A stretch of DNA of 64,000 bases from a virus: the IMG/VR virus record IMGVR_UViG_3300021963_000040, positions 32,001-96,000 of that record; one strand, written 5' to 3'. A program made the position numbers and the translations under genes. The notes beneath the pieces were generated by a model, which did not search any database, was not told the origin of the DNA, and saw only the letters and a list, made by a program, of their open reading frames with translations. Numbering within the stretch: position 1 is the first letter of the stretch; every line of letters starts with the position of its first letter. Shown here piece by piece: positions 1-9,918 of the stretch.

Positions 1-164
1 AAAGTATCCAAAAAACTATCCGTAAGCCCGCCGAAAAGATCAAAGAGTTTATGACTGTTACAAAAGCACAAACTAAGAAGTTTATGGCCGGTATCAAAGC
101 TGTGGATATTAAGCTAAACGGACGTTTGAGCACAGACATTCTGATTCTTAAAGTATTCAAATAA
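1..164 (+). CDS. 3' end of a conserved T4-like phage hypothetical protein (partial)
   Basis: Open frame from position 3 (SIQKTIRKP...NGRLSTDILILKVFK) to TAA at 162-164; runs off the window edge. Confidence 0.7.
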   Translation, partial: SIQKTIRKPAEKIKEFMTVTKAQTKKFMAGIKAVDIKLNGRLSTDILILKVFK

Positions 165-177
165 GCCCACAGGGCCA

Positions 178-185
178 TATAAATA
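178..185 (+). promoter_or_regulatory. T4-type late promoter TATAAATA
   Basis: Exact T4 late -10 consensus upstream of the neck gene; the TAAATA core recurs before most structural genes (about 2184, 4697, 8113, 9905, 11471, 24236, 32481, 38564, 38964, 39444, 41074, 42886). Confidence 0.75.
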
Positions 186-208
186 CTAGATTAACATTTG
201 GTGTATAT

Positions 209-943
209 ATGGCCCGTGAAAGCATAATTAAAGAAATCGAACTCCGTTTAGGCGGGGGAATGGTAGACGTAGAGCTAGATAGAGAGCACTACGATTTAGC
301 TATTGACAAGGCGTTGTCTAAATTCCGTCAGCGTAGTAGTCGCTCTGTTGAAGAAGCATTTATTGTACTGCCCTTAGTTCCAGGTGAAAGCGAATATATT
401 CTTCCTAACGAAATCATGGAAGTACGTGTGGTATATCGTCGTGTAGCAGGCGGCCTAGCTACAGCAGGACAAGACATTGAACCATTCGAAGCAGGTTTTT
501 TAAATACCTATCTATTAAGCTCTTATCGTGCAGGCGGTATTGCTACTTACGAACTATACACACAATATCGTGAAATGCTAGGACGTATGTTCGGCGCCCA
601 TATGTTGTTTACGTGGTACCCGCAACAGCACAAGATCCTACTACACCGCAATATCAGAACCGACGACGAGTGTATTCTTCATGTCTATATGCACCGCCCG
701 GAGGATTTCCTATTAGATGATCCGTATGGCGGCCCGTGGTTACGTGACTATGCACTAGCACAAGCTAAAATGATGCTAGGACAAGCACGTAGCAAATTCA
801 GTCAAATTGCAGGGCCCCAAGGCGGAGGTCAACTAAATGGCGATGCCTTAAAGCAAGAAGCACTTGCAGAACTCGAAAAATTAGAAACAGATTTAATACA
901 ATGGGTAGAAGGCGGTACACCTTATACCTTTGTTATTGGCTAA
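209..943 (+). CDS. Neck protein (T4 gp13-like)
   Basis: RLGGGMVDVEL N-terminus, WLRDYALAQAKMMLGQARSKF and GGQLNG motifs; structural context. Confidence 0.8.
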   Translation: MARESIIKEIELRLGGGMVDVELDREHYDLAIDKALSKFRQRSSRSVEEAFIVLPLVPGESEYILPNEIMEVRVVYRRVAGGLATAGQDIEPFEAGFLNTYLLSSYRAGGIATYELYTQYREMLGRMFGAHMLFTWYPQQHKILLHRNIRTDDECILHVYMHRPEDFLLDDPYGGPWLRDYALAQAKMMLGQARSKFSQIAGPQGGGQLNGDALKQEALAELEKLETDLIQWVEGGTPYTFVIG

Positions 944-986
944 TTAATTTGTAGACAAAATTTGACATCAAGTATAAAATACTTGT

Positions 987-1484
987 ATGGATATCTACTT
1001 AGACATGGACGATGTTGTAGCTGATTGGATGGGCTATGCTCGTGCATACTTAAAGCAACCCCAATGGAAAGAAGGGGAAATGCTTCCTGATACTACTTGG
1101 CGTAGACTTAAAGACGACCAACGTATGTATTCAAAACTCCCACTCAAAGAAGGCGCATATGATTTAGTCGATTGGTGTAGAACATACACTAAGAAAAATA
1201 ATTGTGGCTTATACTTTTTAAGTGCTATTCCTCACGGAAATGATATGCCATGGGCAGTACAGGACAAGGTATTTTGGGGACAAGAATACTTTCCAGATGT
1301 TCCTGTATTTCTAGGACCATACAGTCATCAGAAATATATGCACGTTCGGAATCCGGGCGATATATTAATTGACGACCGTAAAAGTAATTGCGAAGAATGG
1401 GAACGTGCCGGCGGTAAGGCACATAGATATAAAACTTGGCTAGAGTGCAAAGTTTGGCTAGAACACACATTGGGGTCACTATGA
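987..1484 (+). CDS. HAD-family 5'(3')-deoxyribonucleotidase
   Basis: IYLDMDDVVAD (DxD motif I) and ILIDDR motif. Confidence 0.8.
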   Translation: MDIYLDMDDVVADWMGYARAYLKQPQWKEGEMLPDTTWRRLKDDQRMYSKLPLKEGAYDLVDWCRTYTKKNNCGLYFLSAIPHGNDMPWAVQDKVFWGQEYFPDVPVFLGPYSHQKYMHVRNPGDILIDDRKSNCEEWERAGGKAHRYKTWLECKVWLEHTLGSL

Positions 1485-2131
1485 TTATAGGAATTTGCGG
1501 GTTCATTGGTAGCGGTAAAGATACTATTGCAGACTATCTAGTTAACACACATCAATTTAGGCGTGAGAGCTTTGCTAACACACTTAAAGATGCAGTTAGT
1601 TCTGTATTTGGTTGGGATAGAGATATGGTTGAAGGCCGTACTAAACAAGCACGTGAATGGCGCGAACAAGTGGACCCGTGGTGGGCAGAACGATTGAATA
1701 TACCTAAACTTACACCACGATGGGTACTGCAATATTGGGGCACAGAAGTATGCCGCAAAGGCTTCCATGACGACATTTGGATTGCTAGTTTAGAAAACAA
1801 ACTGCGTACCAGCAAAGACGATGTTGTTATAAGTGATTGCCGATTTCCTAATGAAATCAAAGCTATCAAAGATGCGGGCGGGATGATCGTATGGGTTAAA
1901 CGTGGTCCATTACCAGAGTGGTATGATGCCGCAGAAAGCATGAATCGCGGAGATCGAGGTAACCTAACTTGGGCCATAAGTTCAGACAAAATTAAAAAGC
2001 TAGGGATCCATGCTAGTGAAACTTCGTGGATAGGTACAAAGTTTGATTCAGAGCTAGACAATAATGGCAGTTTAGACGAGCTTTTTGTCCAAGTTGAAGC
2101 ACTATTAGCTAAAACAGCGGTGCAGGCCTGA
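1481..2131 (+). CDS. Deoxynucleoside monophosphate kinase (T4 gp1-like)
   Basis: P-loop GFIGSGKDT, SFANTLKD, PRWVLQYWGTE, ISDCRFPNE, HASE; likely start is ATG 1481 (ATGA overlap). Confidence 0.9.
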   Translation: MIIGICGFIGSGKDTIADYLVNTHQFRRESFANTLKDAVSSVFGWDRDMVEGRTKQAREWREQVDPWWAERLNIPKLTPRWVLQYWGTEVCRKGFHDDIWIASLENKLRTSKDDVVISDCRFPNEIKAIKDAGGMIVWVKRGPLPEWYDAAESMNRGDRGNLTWAISSDKIKKLGIHASETSWIGTKFDSELDNNGSLDELFVQVEALLAKTAVQA

Positions 2132-2228
2132 TTGCTGATTTTTAAATTTTGGCTAAATAACCCGCTTTTCCTTAAAATACGATAAATATTTGGAGTAATC
2201 CATATATGGATCGAACAAGGAAAAGAAT

Positions 2229-4598
2229 ATGCCAACACTAGTTTCCCCAGGCGTTGCAGTATCAGTTATTGATGAGAGTAGCTATGCTACCGCAGGTAAC
2301 GGTACTGTACCCTTAATTATTTTAGCAACAGCACAAGACAAAACAGTACCTGGCGGGACTGGTTTAGCTACAAAAACAGCAAAGTCAGCGGCCGCCCAAC
2401 CAGTACTGGTTACTAGCCAACGAGAGTTAGTACAATTATTTGGTACACCGATTTTCAAAACATTAAACGGTACACCACAACATGGTAACGAATTAAACGA
2501 ATACGGTTTATTAGCAACATACAGCTACTTAGGCATTGCTAACCGTGCTTATGTTTTACGTGCAGACATTGATGTAGGTCAATTAGAGCCTAATGCAGTA
2601 GAACCAAAAGGTCCACCAACAAATGGTACATACTGGTTAGATACAGCAGATACAGTATGGGGTCTATTTGAAGGTAACGGTGACGACTGGGTAGCAAAAG
2701 CAGTACATGTATATACTGCTTCTCAGGCAGGCCAAAACGGTGCTCCACTAAGCAACTTAGGCTCTGACGGCGACTATGCAGTATCAGTGGCAAACACTGA
2801 TAACAAATACTATAAAAAAGTTGTAGGCGCATGGTCTGAAGTTACAACAGGAGCCCTAACACAAGCAATGGGTCATTCAGTAACTGTAACAGCGGCCCCT
2901 CACTATCAAGTTCCTACTCCTAACGACGGTGACGTATGGTTTAAGTTAACAACTCCTAACAGCGGTTTTGCACCAGCAGTTAAGCGTTACAGCTCAACAA
3001 CTGGACAATTTACAGAACTATCAGTTAAGGCTTATATTGATGATGCCGCCGCAACAACTGGTTTTGGTTCTTCTTTAGTAGTAGGTAGTTTGTATGCTAA
3101 CTACGATGCAGATGCCGCTCGCTTTAGTCTAAAACGTTATGATGGCTCAACATGGTCAACATTAGTTTATGAAGCAAGTGCAACAGCACCTCAAGGTACA
3201 ACACCAGACGGTACGCTATGGTATAATCCAGACTTACAAGCCGACATTTACATCAAGCAAGCCGGTAAGTGGAGACCAGTAAGTGGTGAAGTAACCATTG
3301 ATACAGCTGAACCAGAAGGTGCTAGTACAGGCGACATTTGGGTTGATACTAACGATATTGAAAATTATCCACAAATTAAACGTTACAATGGTAGCGAGTG
3401 GATTCTACGTAATAATGCAGATCAAACAACACCACAGGGTGTTCTATTTGCTGACCTAACTTCAACAGCAGGTGATACAAGTGATAACGGTGGTGCAACT
3501 CCATACGATCTAGAAGACACACCTGATCCAGAAATTTACCCAGATGGTATGTTGCTATGGAACAGCATGGTATCTACTTACAACGTTAAGAAGTACAATG
3601 CCGCTACAGGTAAATGGAACACTATCAGCGGTAACATAAGTGCAGGTCCTAATGCAGGCGCTCCTTACATGGGCCGCAAAGCACAACGTCAATGTGTAGT
3701 TGTTGCTTTACAAAAGGCAGTAACAGAATGCCAAAAACTACGCGAAGAAACAATACGCTTTAGTTTAATTGCGGCACCTGGCTACCCTGAACTAATTGAC
3801 GAAATGTTAACTCTAAACGTAGACCGTAAAGAAACAGCATTTGTTATTGTTGACAGCCCATTACGTCTAACCACAGATGCACAAGGCTTAATTGATTGGG
3901 TAACTGGTGTTAACGCTGGTACAAACGGCGAAGACGGTATTGTTACTAAGTCAAGCGAAGCCGCAGTATACTATCCATCAGTTCTAACAACTGACCTAAA
4001 CGGTTATGATGTTACTGCTCCTGCTAGCCATGCAGTTCTACGTACATACGCATACAACGACAATGTGAGCTATCCATGGTTTGCTCCAGCTGGTTTAACA
4101 CGCGGTGTTGTAGCTAACTGCGCTAACTTTGGTTATGTAAACAATGAAGGCGAATTTGTACCAGTTGCACTAACACAAGGTCAACGTGATACACTATACG
4201 CTAACAAAGTAAACCCATTAGTTAACTTCCCAGGTCAAGGTCTTGTTGTTTGGGGTCAGAAGACACTAAGCCCAATCGCAAGCTCATTAGACCGCGTAAA
4301 CGTAGCACGTCTAGTTGCTTACTTACGTGAACAGTTTGACCCATTAGCTCGTCCGTTTGTGTTCGAACCTAACGATCAAAAAACACGTAGTAACGTTAAG
4401 ACACTATTTGACAACTTCCTAGCTGATATTCGTCAGAAGCGTGGTGTTTATGACTTCGTAGTAGTTTGCGATGATACAAACAACACACCAAGCCGTATTG
4501 ATGCTAACGAACTATGGATTGACATTGCGATTGAGCCAACAAAGGCCGCAGAATTTATCTACATTCCAATCCGCTTAGTCAATACAGGTACACTATAA
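2229..4598 (+). CDS. Contractile tail sheath protein (gp18-like)
   Basis: LVSPGVAVSVIDES N-terminus; PWFAPAGLTRG, WGQKTL, RVNVARL, FVFEPND, PTKAAEFIYI. Confidence 0.95.
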   Translation: MPTLVSPGVAVSVIDESSYATAGNGTVPLIILATAQDKTVPGGTGLATKTAKSAAAQPVLVTSQRELVQLFGTPIFKTLNGTPQHGNELNEYGLLATYSYLGIANRAYVLRADIDVGQLEPNAVEPKGPPTNGTYWLDTADTVWGLFEGNGDDWVAKAVHVYTASQAGQNGAPLSNLGSDGDYAVSVANTDNKYYKKVVGAWSEVTTGALTQAMGHSVTVTAAPHYQVPTPNDGDVWFKLTTPNSGFAPAVKRYSSTTGQFTELSVKAYIDDAAATTGFGSSLVVGSLYANYDADAARFSLKRYDGSTWSTLVYEASATAPQGTTPDGTLWYNPDLQADIYIKQAGKWRPVSGEVTIDTAEPEGASTGDIWVDTNDIENYPQIKRYNGSEWILRNNADQTTPQGVLFADLTSTAGDTSDNGGATPYDLEDTPDPEIYPDGMLLWNSMVSTYNVKKYNAATGKWNTISGNISAGPNAGAPYMGRKAQRQCVVVALQKAVTECQKLREETIRFSLIAAPGYPELIDEMLTLNVDRKETAFVIVDSPLRLTTDAQGLIDWVTGVNAGTNGEDGIVTKSSEAAVYYPSVLTTDLNGYDVTAPASHAVLRTYAYNDNVSYPWFAPAGLTRGVVANCANFGYVNNEGEFVPVALTQGQRDTLYANKVNPLVNFPGQGLVVWGQKTLSPIASSLDRVNVARLVAYLREQFDPLARPFVFEPNDQKTRSNVKTLFDNFLADIRQKRGVYDFVVVCDDTNNTPSRIDANELWIDIAIEPTKAAEFIYIPIRLVNTGTL

Positions 4599-4639
4599 AC
4601 AACCCAGGGATGGGAAGACAGACGCCGAAAAGGCGCTTT

Positions 4640-4664
4640 AGCCCGGAGAAATCCGGGCTTTTTT
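4640..4664 (+). terminator. Intrinsic terminator after the sheath gene
   Basis: AGCCCGGA-GAAA-TCCGGGCT followed by a T-run. Confidence 0.85.
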
Positions 4665-4731
4665 ATGGGTATTTAATTTTTTGGTGAAGAATAGGATAAA
4701 TAGAATTATGTCCGTAAAGGAGTTAATCTAA

Positions 4732-5373
4732 ATGGCACAACTATCAAAATTCGGCGTACCTGGTGGTGAACTACCTGTACTAATGCCTAAATTAGCTTAT
4801 CGCTTCCGTGTATCCTTCTTAGGTGTCGGCGGTGCTGAGCTACCCCTAGTAAGTACATTTACTAGCCAAATCGTAAGCTGTGGTCGTCCTAACATGCAAA
4901 CCCAGGCTGTTGAAGTAGACGTTTACAACAGTAAAATCTACCTAGCTGGTAAGCACACATGGCAACCACTAAGCATTACAATCCGTGATGATATCAATAA
5001 CAACGTTGCAAGTTTAATTGCGGCACAAATTGGTCGTCAGATTGATATTGCTGAGCAAAGCGCGGCCCGTGCAGGTGCTAACTATAAGTTCGGTATGTTA
5101 ATTCAAACACTAGATGGCAGTCAAGATGATGTAACCGGCGTTTTAGACACATGGTCTATTAACGGTTGTTTCATTACTGATGTTAACTACGGTGAAATGA
5201 ACTACACTAGTAACGACGCTGTTCAAATTACACTAAGTATTCAGTACGATAGTGCTGATTATCATATCGGTAACATTGTTCTTGCTAACCTACCAGGTCA
5301 GCTTGGTGCTCTTGGTGGCGGCGTTGCTCTACGCGGCTTGAACGAAGGCGACACAGCAACCAACGCATTCTAA
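4732..5373 (+). CDS. Tail tube protein (gp19-like)
   Basis: Follows the sheath gene; YRFRV, AGKHTWQPLSITIRDD, GCFITDVNYGEMNY, ITLSIQYD. Confidence 0.9.
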   Translation: MAQLSKFGVPGGELPVLMPKLAYRFRVSFLGVGGAELPLVSTFTSQIVSCGRPNMQTQAVEVDVYNSKIYLAGKHTWQPLSITIRDDINNNVASLIAAQIGRQIDIAEQSAARAGANYKFGMLIQTLDGSQDDVTGVLDTWSINGCFITDVNYGEMNYTSNDAVQITLSIQYDSADYHIGNIVLANLPGQLGALGGGVALRGLNEGDTATNAF

Positions 5374-5385
5374 GGATTGGCTTAA

Positions 5386-6831
5386 ATGGCTTTAGTCCTT
5401 GGTTTCAAAAACCACGTTACAGAATACGTAGGCACAAATGAGTACGACACTGGGGAGTATAATACCCCCAGTGTTTGGCTCACTAACATCCCACGAATGA
5501 AGTTTAACTGGACTGTTGAGTTCATGTTAAACAATCCTGATCCTAAGATACAAGAATTGTTAGACGGCAACGACCTAGTCGGATCTATGACTAATGTTGC
5601 TAAAACAGTTCAGTTACCGGATCTAAATTTTGACACGCAAACATTAAACCAATATAACAAGCGCCGACACATACACGTTAAAGGCGAATATCAACCAATA
5701 CAAATGTCCTTCCAGGATGATGTAAGCGGTCGATTTGAAAAGGTATTAGAAGCATATAAAAAGTTTTATTGGGCCAGCGATTCTTATCCTGGCTTAGATC
5801 ATATTAGACAACGAGATCAAACCAGCGACCAATTTGTAAGTAACTTTGGTATGTTGGCCATTAACAACACTAACGATAATTTCTTTAAGTCTATTGCTAT
5901 TAATAGAGAATGGATGGGCAAAGCTGATCAGTACCTACTCATTAATCCTAAAATAACAGCAATCCAACATGATACATTAGATTATGCTAGCAATGATACA
6001 GCACAATGGACTATTACTGTTATATACGAAGCACTAGAAACAAGATGGCAACAACCTACAACAGGTTATAACCGCCCAGGACTGTCATCACTAACCTACG
6101 CTAGTTATCAAAGCGATGCACAAGCTCAAGCCGCGGTCGGTACCGGTTTAGAAAATGCTAGCAATACTGGTGGACAAGAACCTCCAGCTGGAGAAGTTGA
6201 TGGCGGCTTCTCAGGAGAAGATACTAGCGACCTTAACGACTGGAACGAAACTGGAGTAGGTGATGCCAGTCAAGATTCTATGGCGGCCTATGATGAGTTT
6301 GCAGGCCTTGACGAAGCAGTGGCAAAACAAGAAGCAGAAAAAGCAAGTTGGAAAAATCAACTAGCAGAAAAGTTCAGCAGTCTTAAAGAAAACGTTGCAG
6401 GCGCATATCAAAAAGCACAAGACTTTAGTGTAGGTGGAATTCCAGTTGGTAAAGCTATCAATCCACAAAACATAGGGACTACTATTGCATTAGGCACAGC
6501 TATAGCCACATCAAAAGGTAGAGCATTAAAAAATCCTGCATTCCTATTAGGCGCCGCAGGAAAAGTTGCTCAAGGTATCCCAGGAGCAAGCCAATATATG
6601 GGTGGCATTACAGCAGGTGTAGCTGGTTATTCTGCTTATAAAGCAGGTGGCTTAAAAGGTCTTGCCACAGTAGGCGCAGTTTCTGCGGCCTATTGGTTAG
6701 GTAATCAAAAGTCACCAAACACACGACCTGCACAAGCAGACTGGGCAACTAATCCTAGTAAAACTCCCTATTCACCTATGCAATCTTTTATTGGCGGTGA
6801 CGGTAATGCCGCAAATGGTAGGAGATTCTAA
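5386..6831 (+). CDS. Tail tube-fold/baseplate junction protein with long Gly/Ala-rich C-terminal extension
   Basis: KTVQLPDLNFDTQTLNQYNKRR...YQPIQMSFQDD...HDTLDY...ITVIYE resembles the gp19/gp54 fold. Confidence 0.6.
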   Translation: MALVLGFKNHVTEYVGTNEYDTGEYNTPSVWLTNIPRMKFNWTVEFMLNNPDPKIQELLDGNDLVGSMTNVAKTVQLPDLNFDTQTLNQYNKRRHIHVKGEYQPIQMSFQDDVSGRFEKVLEAYKKFYWASDSYPGLDHIRQRDQTSDQFVSNFGMLAINNTNDNFFKSIAINREWMGKADQYLLINPKITAIQHDTLDYASNDTAQWTITVIYEALETRWQQPTTGYNRPGLSSLTYASYQSDAQAQAAVGTGLENASNTGGQEPPAGEVDGGFSGEDTSDLNDWNETGVGDASQDSMAAYDEFAGLDEAVAKQEAEKASWKNQLAEKFSSLKENVAGAYQKAQDFSVGGIPVGKAINPQNIGTTIALGTAIATSKGRALKNPAFLLGAAGKVAQGIPGASQYMGGITAGVAGYSAYKAGGLKGLATVGAVSAAYWLGNQKSPNTRPAQADWATNPSKTPYSPMQSFIGGDGNAANGRRF

Positions 6832-7145
6832 TGGCTGGCACAATAGCAGGCACTGATACACCTATTGCAATTAATCAACAAAATTTTGAGTTTATTCTAG
6901 CTCAATTACAAAAGCGCGGCATAACAAATCAAATAGCAAAAATGTTAGCGTATGATATTCTTATCATTACACAGATCACAGGGCAAAATTACAGAGATGT
7001 TATTAACGAACAAATCTCTGAAAACGGATTAGCTATAAGCAAAGAGTTTATAGATCAACTTAACATCCTTAGATCAGCAACAAACAAATTACACATCGAG
7101 GACACTGAACAAACGAATGTCCATGTTGCTCGATCTATCGTCTAA
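6831..7145 (+). CDS. Hypothetical protein
   Basis: Translationally coupled ORF (TAATG junctions). Confidence 0.6.
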   Translation: MAGTIAGTDTPIAINQQNFEFILAQLQKRGITNQIAKMLAYDILIITQITGQNYRDVINEQISENGLAISKEFIDQLNILRSATNKLHIEDTEQTNVHVARSIV

Positions 7146-7582
7146 TGGCAAAGTATTCACAGGGTTACTATACTGTTCAAAATAGCACAAAATATGTAGG
7201 AAGAGGTGAGCCTACATATAGAAGCGGTTGGGAACTTACAGTAATGAGATATTGTGATAACCATCCAAATGTTATTAATTGGGCAAGTGAAAGCCTACGC
7301 ATTCCTTATGTAAATCCATTTACAGGAAAGCCTACATTTTATGTACCTGACTTTTTAATTATGTACAAAGACAAAAACGGACAGACAAAAACGGACGTAA
7401 TTGAAGTAAAGCCAAGAAAACAAGCAGTTATCGGGCTAGCACGTAGTCAACAGGAAAAAGCCGCAGTAGTATTGAATATGGCTAAATGGGAAGCCGCAAA
7501 AGCATGGTGTAAAAATCATGGCGCTACCTTTCGTATTCTGACTGAAGAGGATATATACAACAGAATGGGTGAAAAACGATGA
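7145..7582 (+). CDS. Head completion nuclease (T4 gp4-like, TnsA-like endonuclease fold)
   Basis: YRSGWE, WASE, YVPDF, IEVKP, NMAKWEAA, FRILTE. Confidence 0.9.
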   Translation: MAKYSQGYYTVQNSTKYVGRGEPTYRSGWELTVMRYCDNHPNVINWASESLRIPYVNPFTGKPTFYVPDFLIMYKDKNGQTKTDVIEVKPRKQAVIGLARSQQEKAAVVLNMAKWEAAKAWCKNHGATFRILTEEDIYNRMGEKR

Positions 7583-8112
7583 CACGTAAACTAGACGATT
7601 TCTTTAATGTTCCTCCTATGCCAGATCAAGTTAATTTTGATCCTTTACCAATTGATGTTCCTCCGGTAGAACAATCATTACAACTTATCGAAGAACAGAA
7701 AGAAGCATTAGACTTAGCTAATAGAATTGAACAAGCATTGCCAAGAGTAAAAGACATAGAAAGTACCGATGTCGATTTTGACGAGTACGCTAAAAAAGCA
7801 ATGGAAACTTATGACAGGCTAGTAGATTTAGGAATGAATGTAGACGACCGCAATGCCGGTATGATTTTTGATGTTGCTAGCAAAATGATGGGAAACGCAA
7901 TCACAGCTAAAAATAGCAAATTAGATGCAAAATTACGTAGAGTAGAACTTCAACTCAAGGCCGCAAAATTACAATTAGAAAAAGATAAAGTACAAAACAG
8001 TAAAACGGGCGGCAATGGTCAAGTAGTCGAAGGTGAAGGGTACTTAGTTACTGATAGAAATGCTTTACTAGAATCCTTAGCTAAAAAAATTAAAAATGAA
8101 AGCCAAAACTGA
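7579..8112 (+). CDS. Probable terminase small subunit
   Basis: Helical protein upstream of terL; LVDLGMNV...AGMIFDVA and a C-terminal DRNALL motif. Confidence 0.55.
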   Translation: MTRKLDDFFNVPPMPDQVNFDPLPIDVPPVEQSLQLIEEQKEALDLANRIEQALPRVKDIESTDVDFDEYAKKAMETYDRLVDLGMNVDDRNAGMIFDVASKMMGNAITAKNSKLDAKLRRVELQLKAAKLQLEKDKVQNSKTGGNGQVVEGEGYLVTDRNALLESLAKKIKNESQN

Positions 8113-8137
8113 TAAATAACACTATCCGGAGCATATA

Positions 8138-8740
8138 ATGAAGAAAACTCTATTAGAATACGTACAAACAAACGAAAAAGAGTATCCTGTTCGAATTAAA
8201 ACAACATTTGAACTAGACGATGATAAACTTGATCGTATTGAACGTCACCTTAAAAAGTATGACGTAATTGAAGTTAATAAGCCCGAGCGTGTAATGCTCC
8301 AGGCTAACCCTATTGATTTCCCAGAAAACAACGGCTGGGAAATTTATATTATTGATGCAGTAACTCGTTTACCTGTAAGTTACGATGTTTTACAAGCAGA
8401 GCTTGTAAAAATGTTATGCGTACACGCTTCCCAAATTAAAGTTCGCAATCCTAATGCTCCGCGAGAAGAAGAAGCAGAAGCACAAGAAGAAACTAAAGAA
8501 GAAGAGTATCATGTACGCTTAACAGATCCAAAGTATGCTGAAATCGAGCAAGACAAAAAGAAATACTTTGGTGATGACTTTAATGCAGAATTTTTAAAAG
8601 GCTTACAATCTAAAGAACGTAAGCCAGTATTTGCTAAAAGATCAGATGTTAAACCATCTAAGCCTTTAAAGTCTGAAAAATCATTTAGTCCTATTAGCGG
8701 CCGTAACCAACGTCCTGATAGAAATCAACTAGGAAAATAA
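8138..8740 (+). CDS. Hypothetical late (virion-associated) protein
   Basis: ORF with upstream late promoter and GGAG SD. Confidence 0.6.
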   Translation: MKKTLLEYVQTNEKEYPVRIKTTFELDDDKLDRIERHLKKYDVIEVNKPERVMLQANPIDFPENNGWEIYIIDAVTRLPVSYDVLQAELVKMLCVHASQIKVRNPNAPREEEAEAQEETKEEEYHVRLTDPKYAEIEQDKKKYFGDDFNAEFLKGLQSKERKPVFAKRSDVKPSKPLKSEKSFSPISGRNQRPDRNQLGK

Positions 8741-8741
8741 T

Positions 8742-9860
8742 ATGACATCTAAAATTGATTACAGCATGGACCTTGGTGCTTTAGAAAAGCAAACAGTAGG
8801 CGCCGCTGTTAATAAACTTTTAAAACACGCCGGTGTTAAAGTAAACGAACAAGCACTTAAAGAATGTGGTATGGACATGGGTATGCCTATGCAACAAGAA
8901 GAAAAAGAGCGTTTCAGTTTAACCATCACTAGCAAAGATAGAACTATCACAGTTAGCACGACTGACCCAGAAGATGTTCTACACATGATGAAACTCGGCG
9001 GCATGGATATTGACAGCCACGAAGTAACACCAATGACCGTAGGTGGCGGTGGTGCAGGTTCTCTTGTACCTGCTGGCGGTATTGAGATTGATGTTCCTGT
9101 AACAGACTTATCTAGTATGCTAGGTGGTTCTGATCATGAGGAACACGAAGAACACGAAGAGGAAGAAAAAGAAGTGGACGAATCTGCTCGTATACTTCAG
9201 TTGGCTGGTTTAAGTGAAGCCGGTGCTACCTCAGGTGATTACATTGACTATGTAAACATGAAAGGTGAACAACCTTCTGAAGATTTAACCGGTCTACCTG
9301 GCGTCGAATATGATCCAGACACTGGTATTATCTCTGTTAGAAATGCTACATCATTAGCTAACACTCATAGAGCAATTGAAGCCGCAGGTTGGCAAAAACA
9401 TGCACTAGCCGCTCGCAAAAACCCTGCAAGCAATCGCCAAGCAGGAATCGCAGGTGATACTGCATATCAACTTGAAAGCTCAGACGTAGAAGAAGCTAAA
9501 GAGCCGTTTGGCAATAGTCCTGCTACAACTAATAATTTCCGTCCACGTGTAGTCGGTAATACAGAAGATTTCGGTATGACAGGTACTGGTGAAGGTAACG
9601 ACCAGTACGGTAAGCGCCGTGCTCCTGGCCAAGGTGACAATCCTATGGGTTGGGAAGACATGGAAGAAAGCTATAAATCATTTAAGGCACAAAAACTAGA
9701 CGAAGCTAAAAAGGCAAAGCCAGATTTCTTAGACGTCGATAAAGACGGCGATAAGAAAGAACCAATGAAGAAGGCACTCAAAGATAAAGAAGAAGTTAAA
9801 GAATCACAAGGTTTATTTGCAGAATCATTATCACTATTAAAGAAATACGCAGGCATTTAA
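8742..9860 (+). CDS. Acidic low-complexity virion/prohead-core-like protein
   Basis: Repeated L/V-x-E sites, RILQLAGL and KPDFLDVDKDGDKKEPMKKA motifs. Confidence 0.55.
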   Translation: MTSKIDYSMDLGALEKQTVGAAVNKLLKHAGVKVNEQALKECGMDMGMPMQQEEKERFSLTITSKDRTITVSTTDPEDVLHMMKLGGMDIDSHEVTPMTVGGGGAGSLVPAGGIEIDVPVTDLSSMLGGSDHEEHEEHEEEEKEVDESARILQLAGLSEAGATSGDYIDYVNMKGEQPSEDLTGLPGVEYDPDTGIISVRNATSLANTHRAIEAAGWQKHALAARKNPASNRQAGIAGDTAYQLESSDVEEAKEPFGNSPATTNNFRPRVVGNTEDFGMTGTGEGNDQYGKRRAPGQGDNPMGWEDMEESYKSFKAQKLDEAKKAKPDFLDVDKDGDKKEPMKKALKDKEEVKESQGLFAESLSLLKKYAGI

Positions 9861-9864
9861 TCAT

Positions 9865-9888
9865 AAGGGGACTTTGGTCCCCTTTCTT
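9865..9888 (+). terminator. Probable intrinsic terminator
   Basis: AAGGGGAC-TTTG-GTCCCCTT followed by TCTT. Confidence 0.65.
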
Positions 9889-9918
9889 ACCTCCGCAAAT
9901 TTGTTAAATACATGTATA

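Noticed and set aside
1552-2238. 228-aa antisense ORF and other short overlapping ORFs in the track
   Set aside because: They overlap strongly supported genes on the other strand or frame and lack motifs or ribosome-binding sites
7145-7582. TnsA-like motifs suggesting a Tn7 transposon
   Set aside because: Matches the T4 gp4 head-completion family in a structural operon; no tnsB/tnsC or terminal repeats
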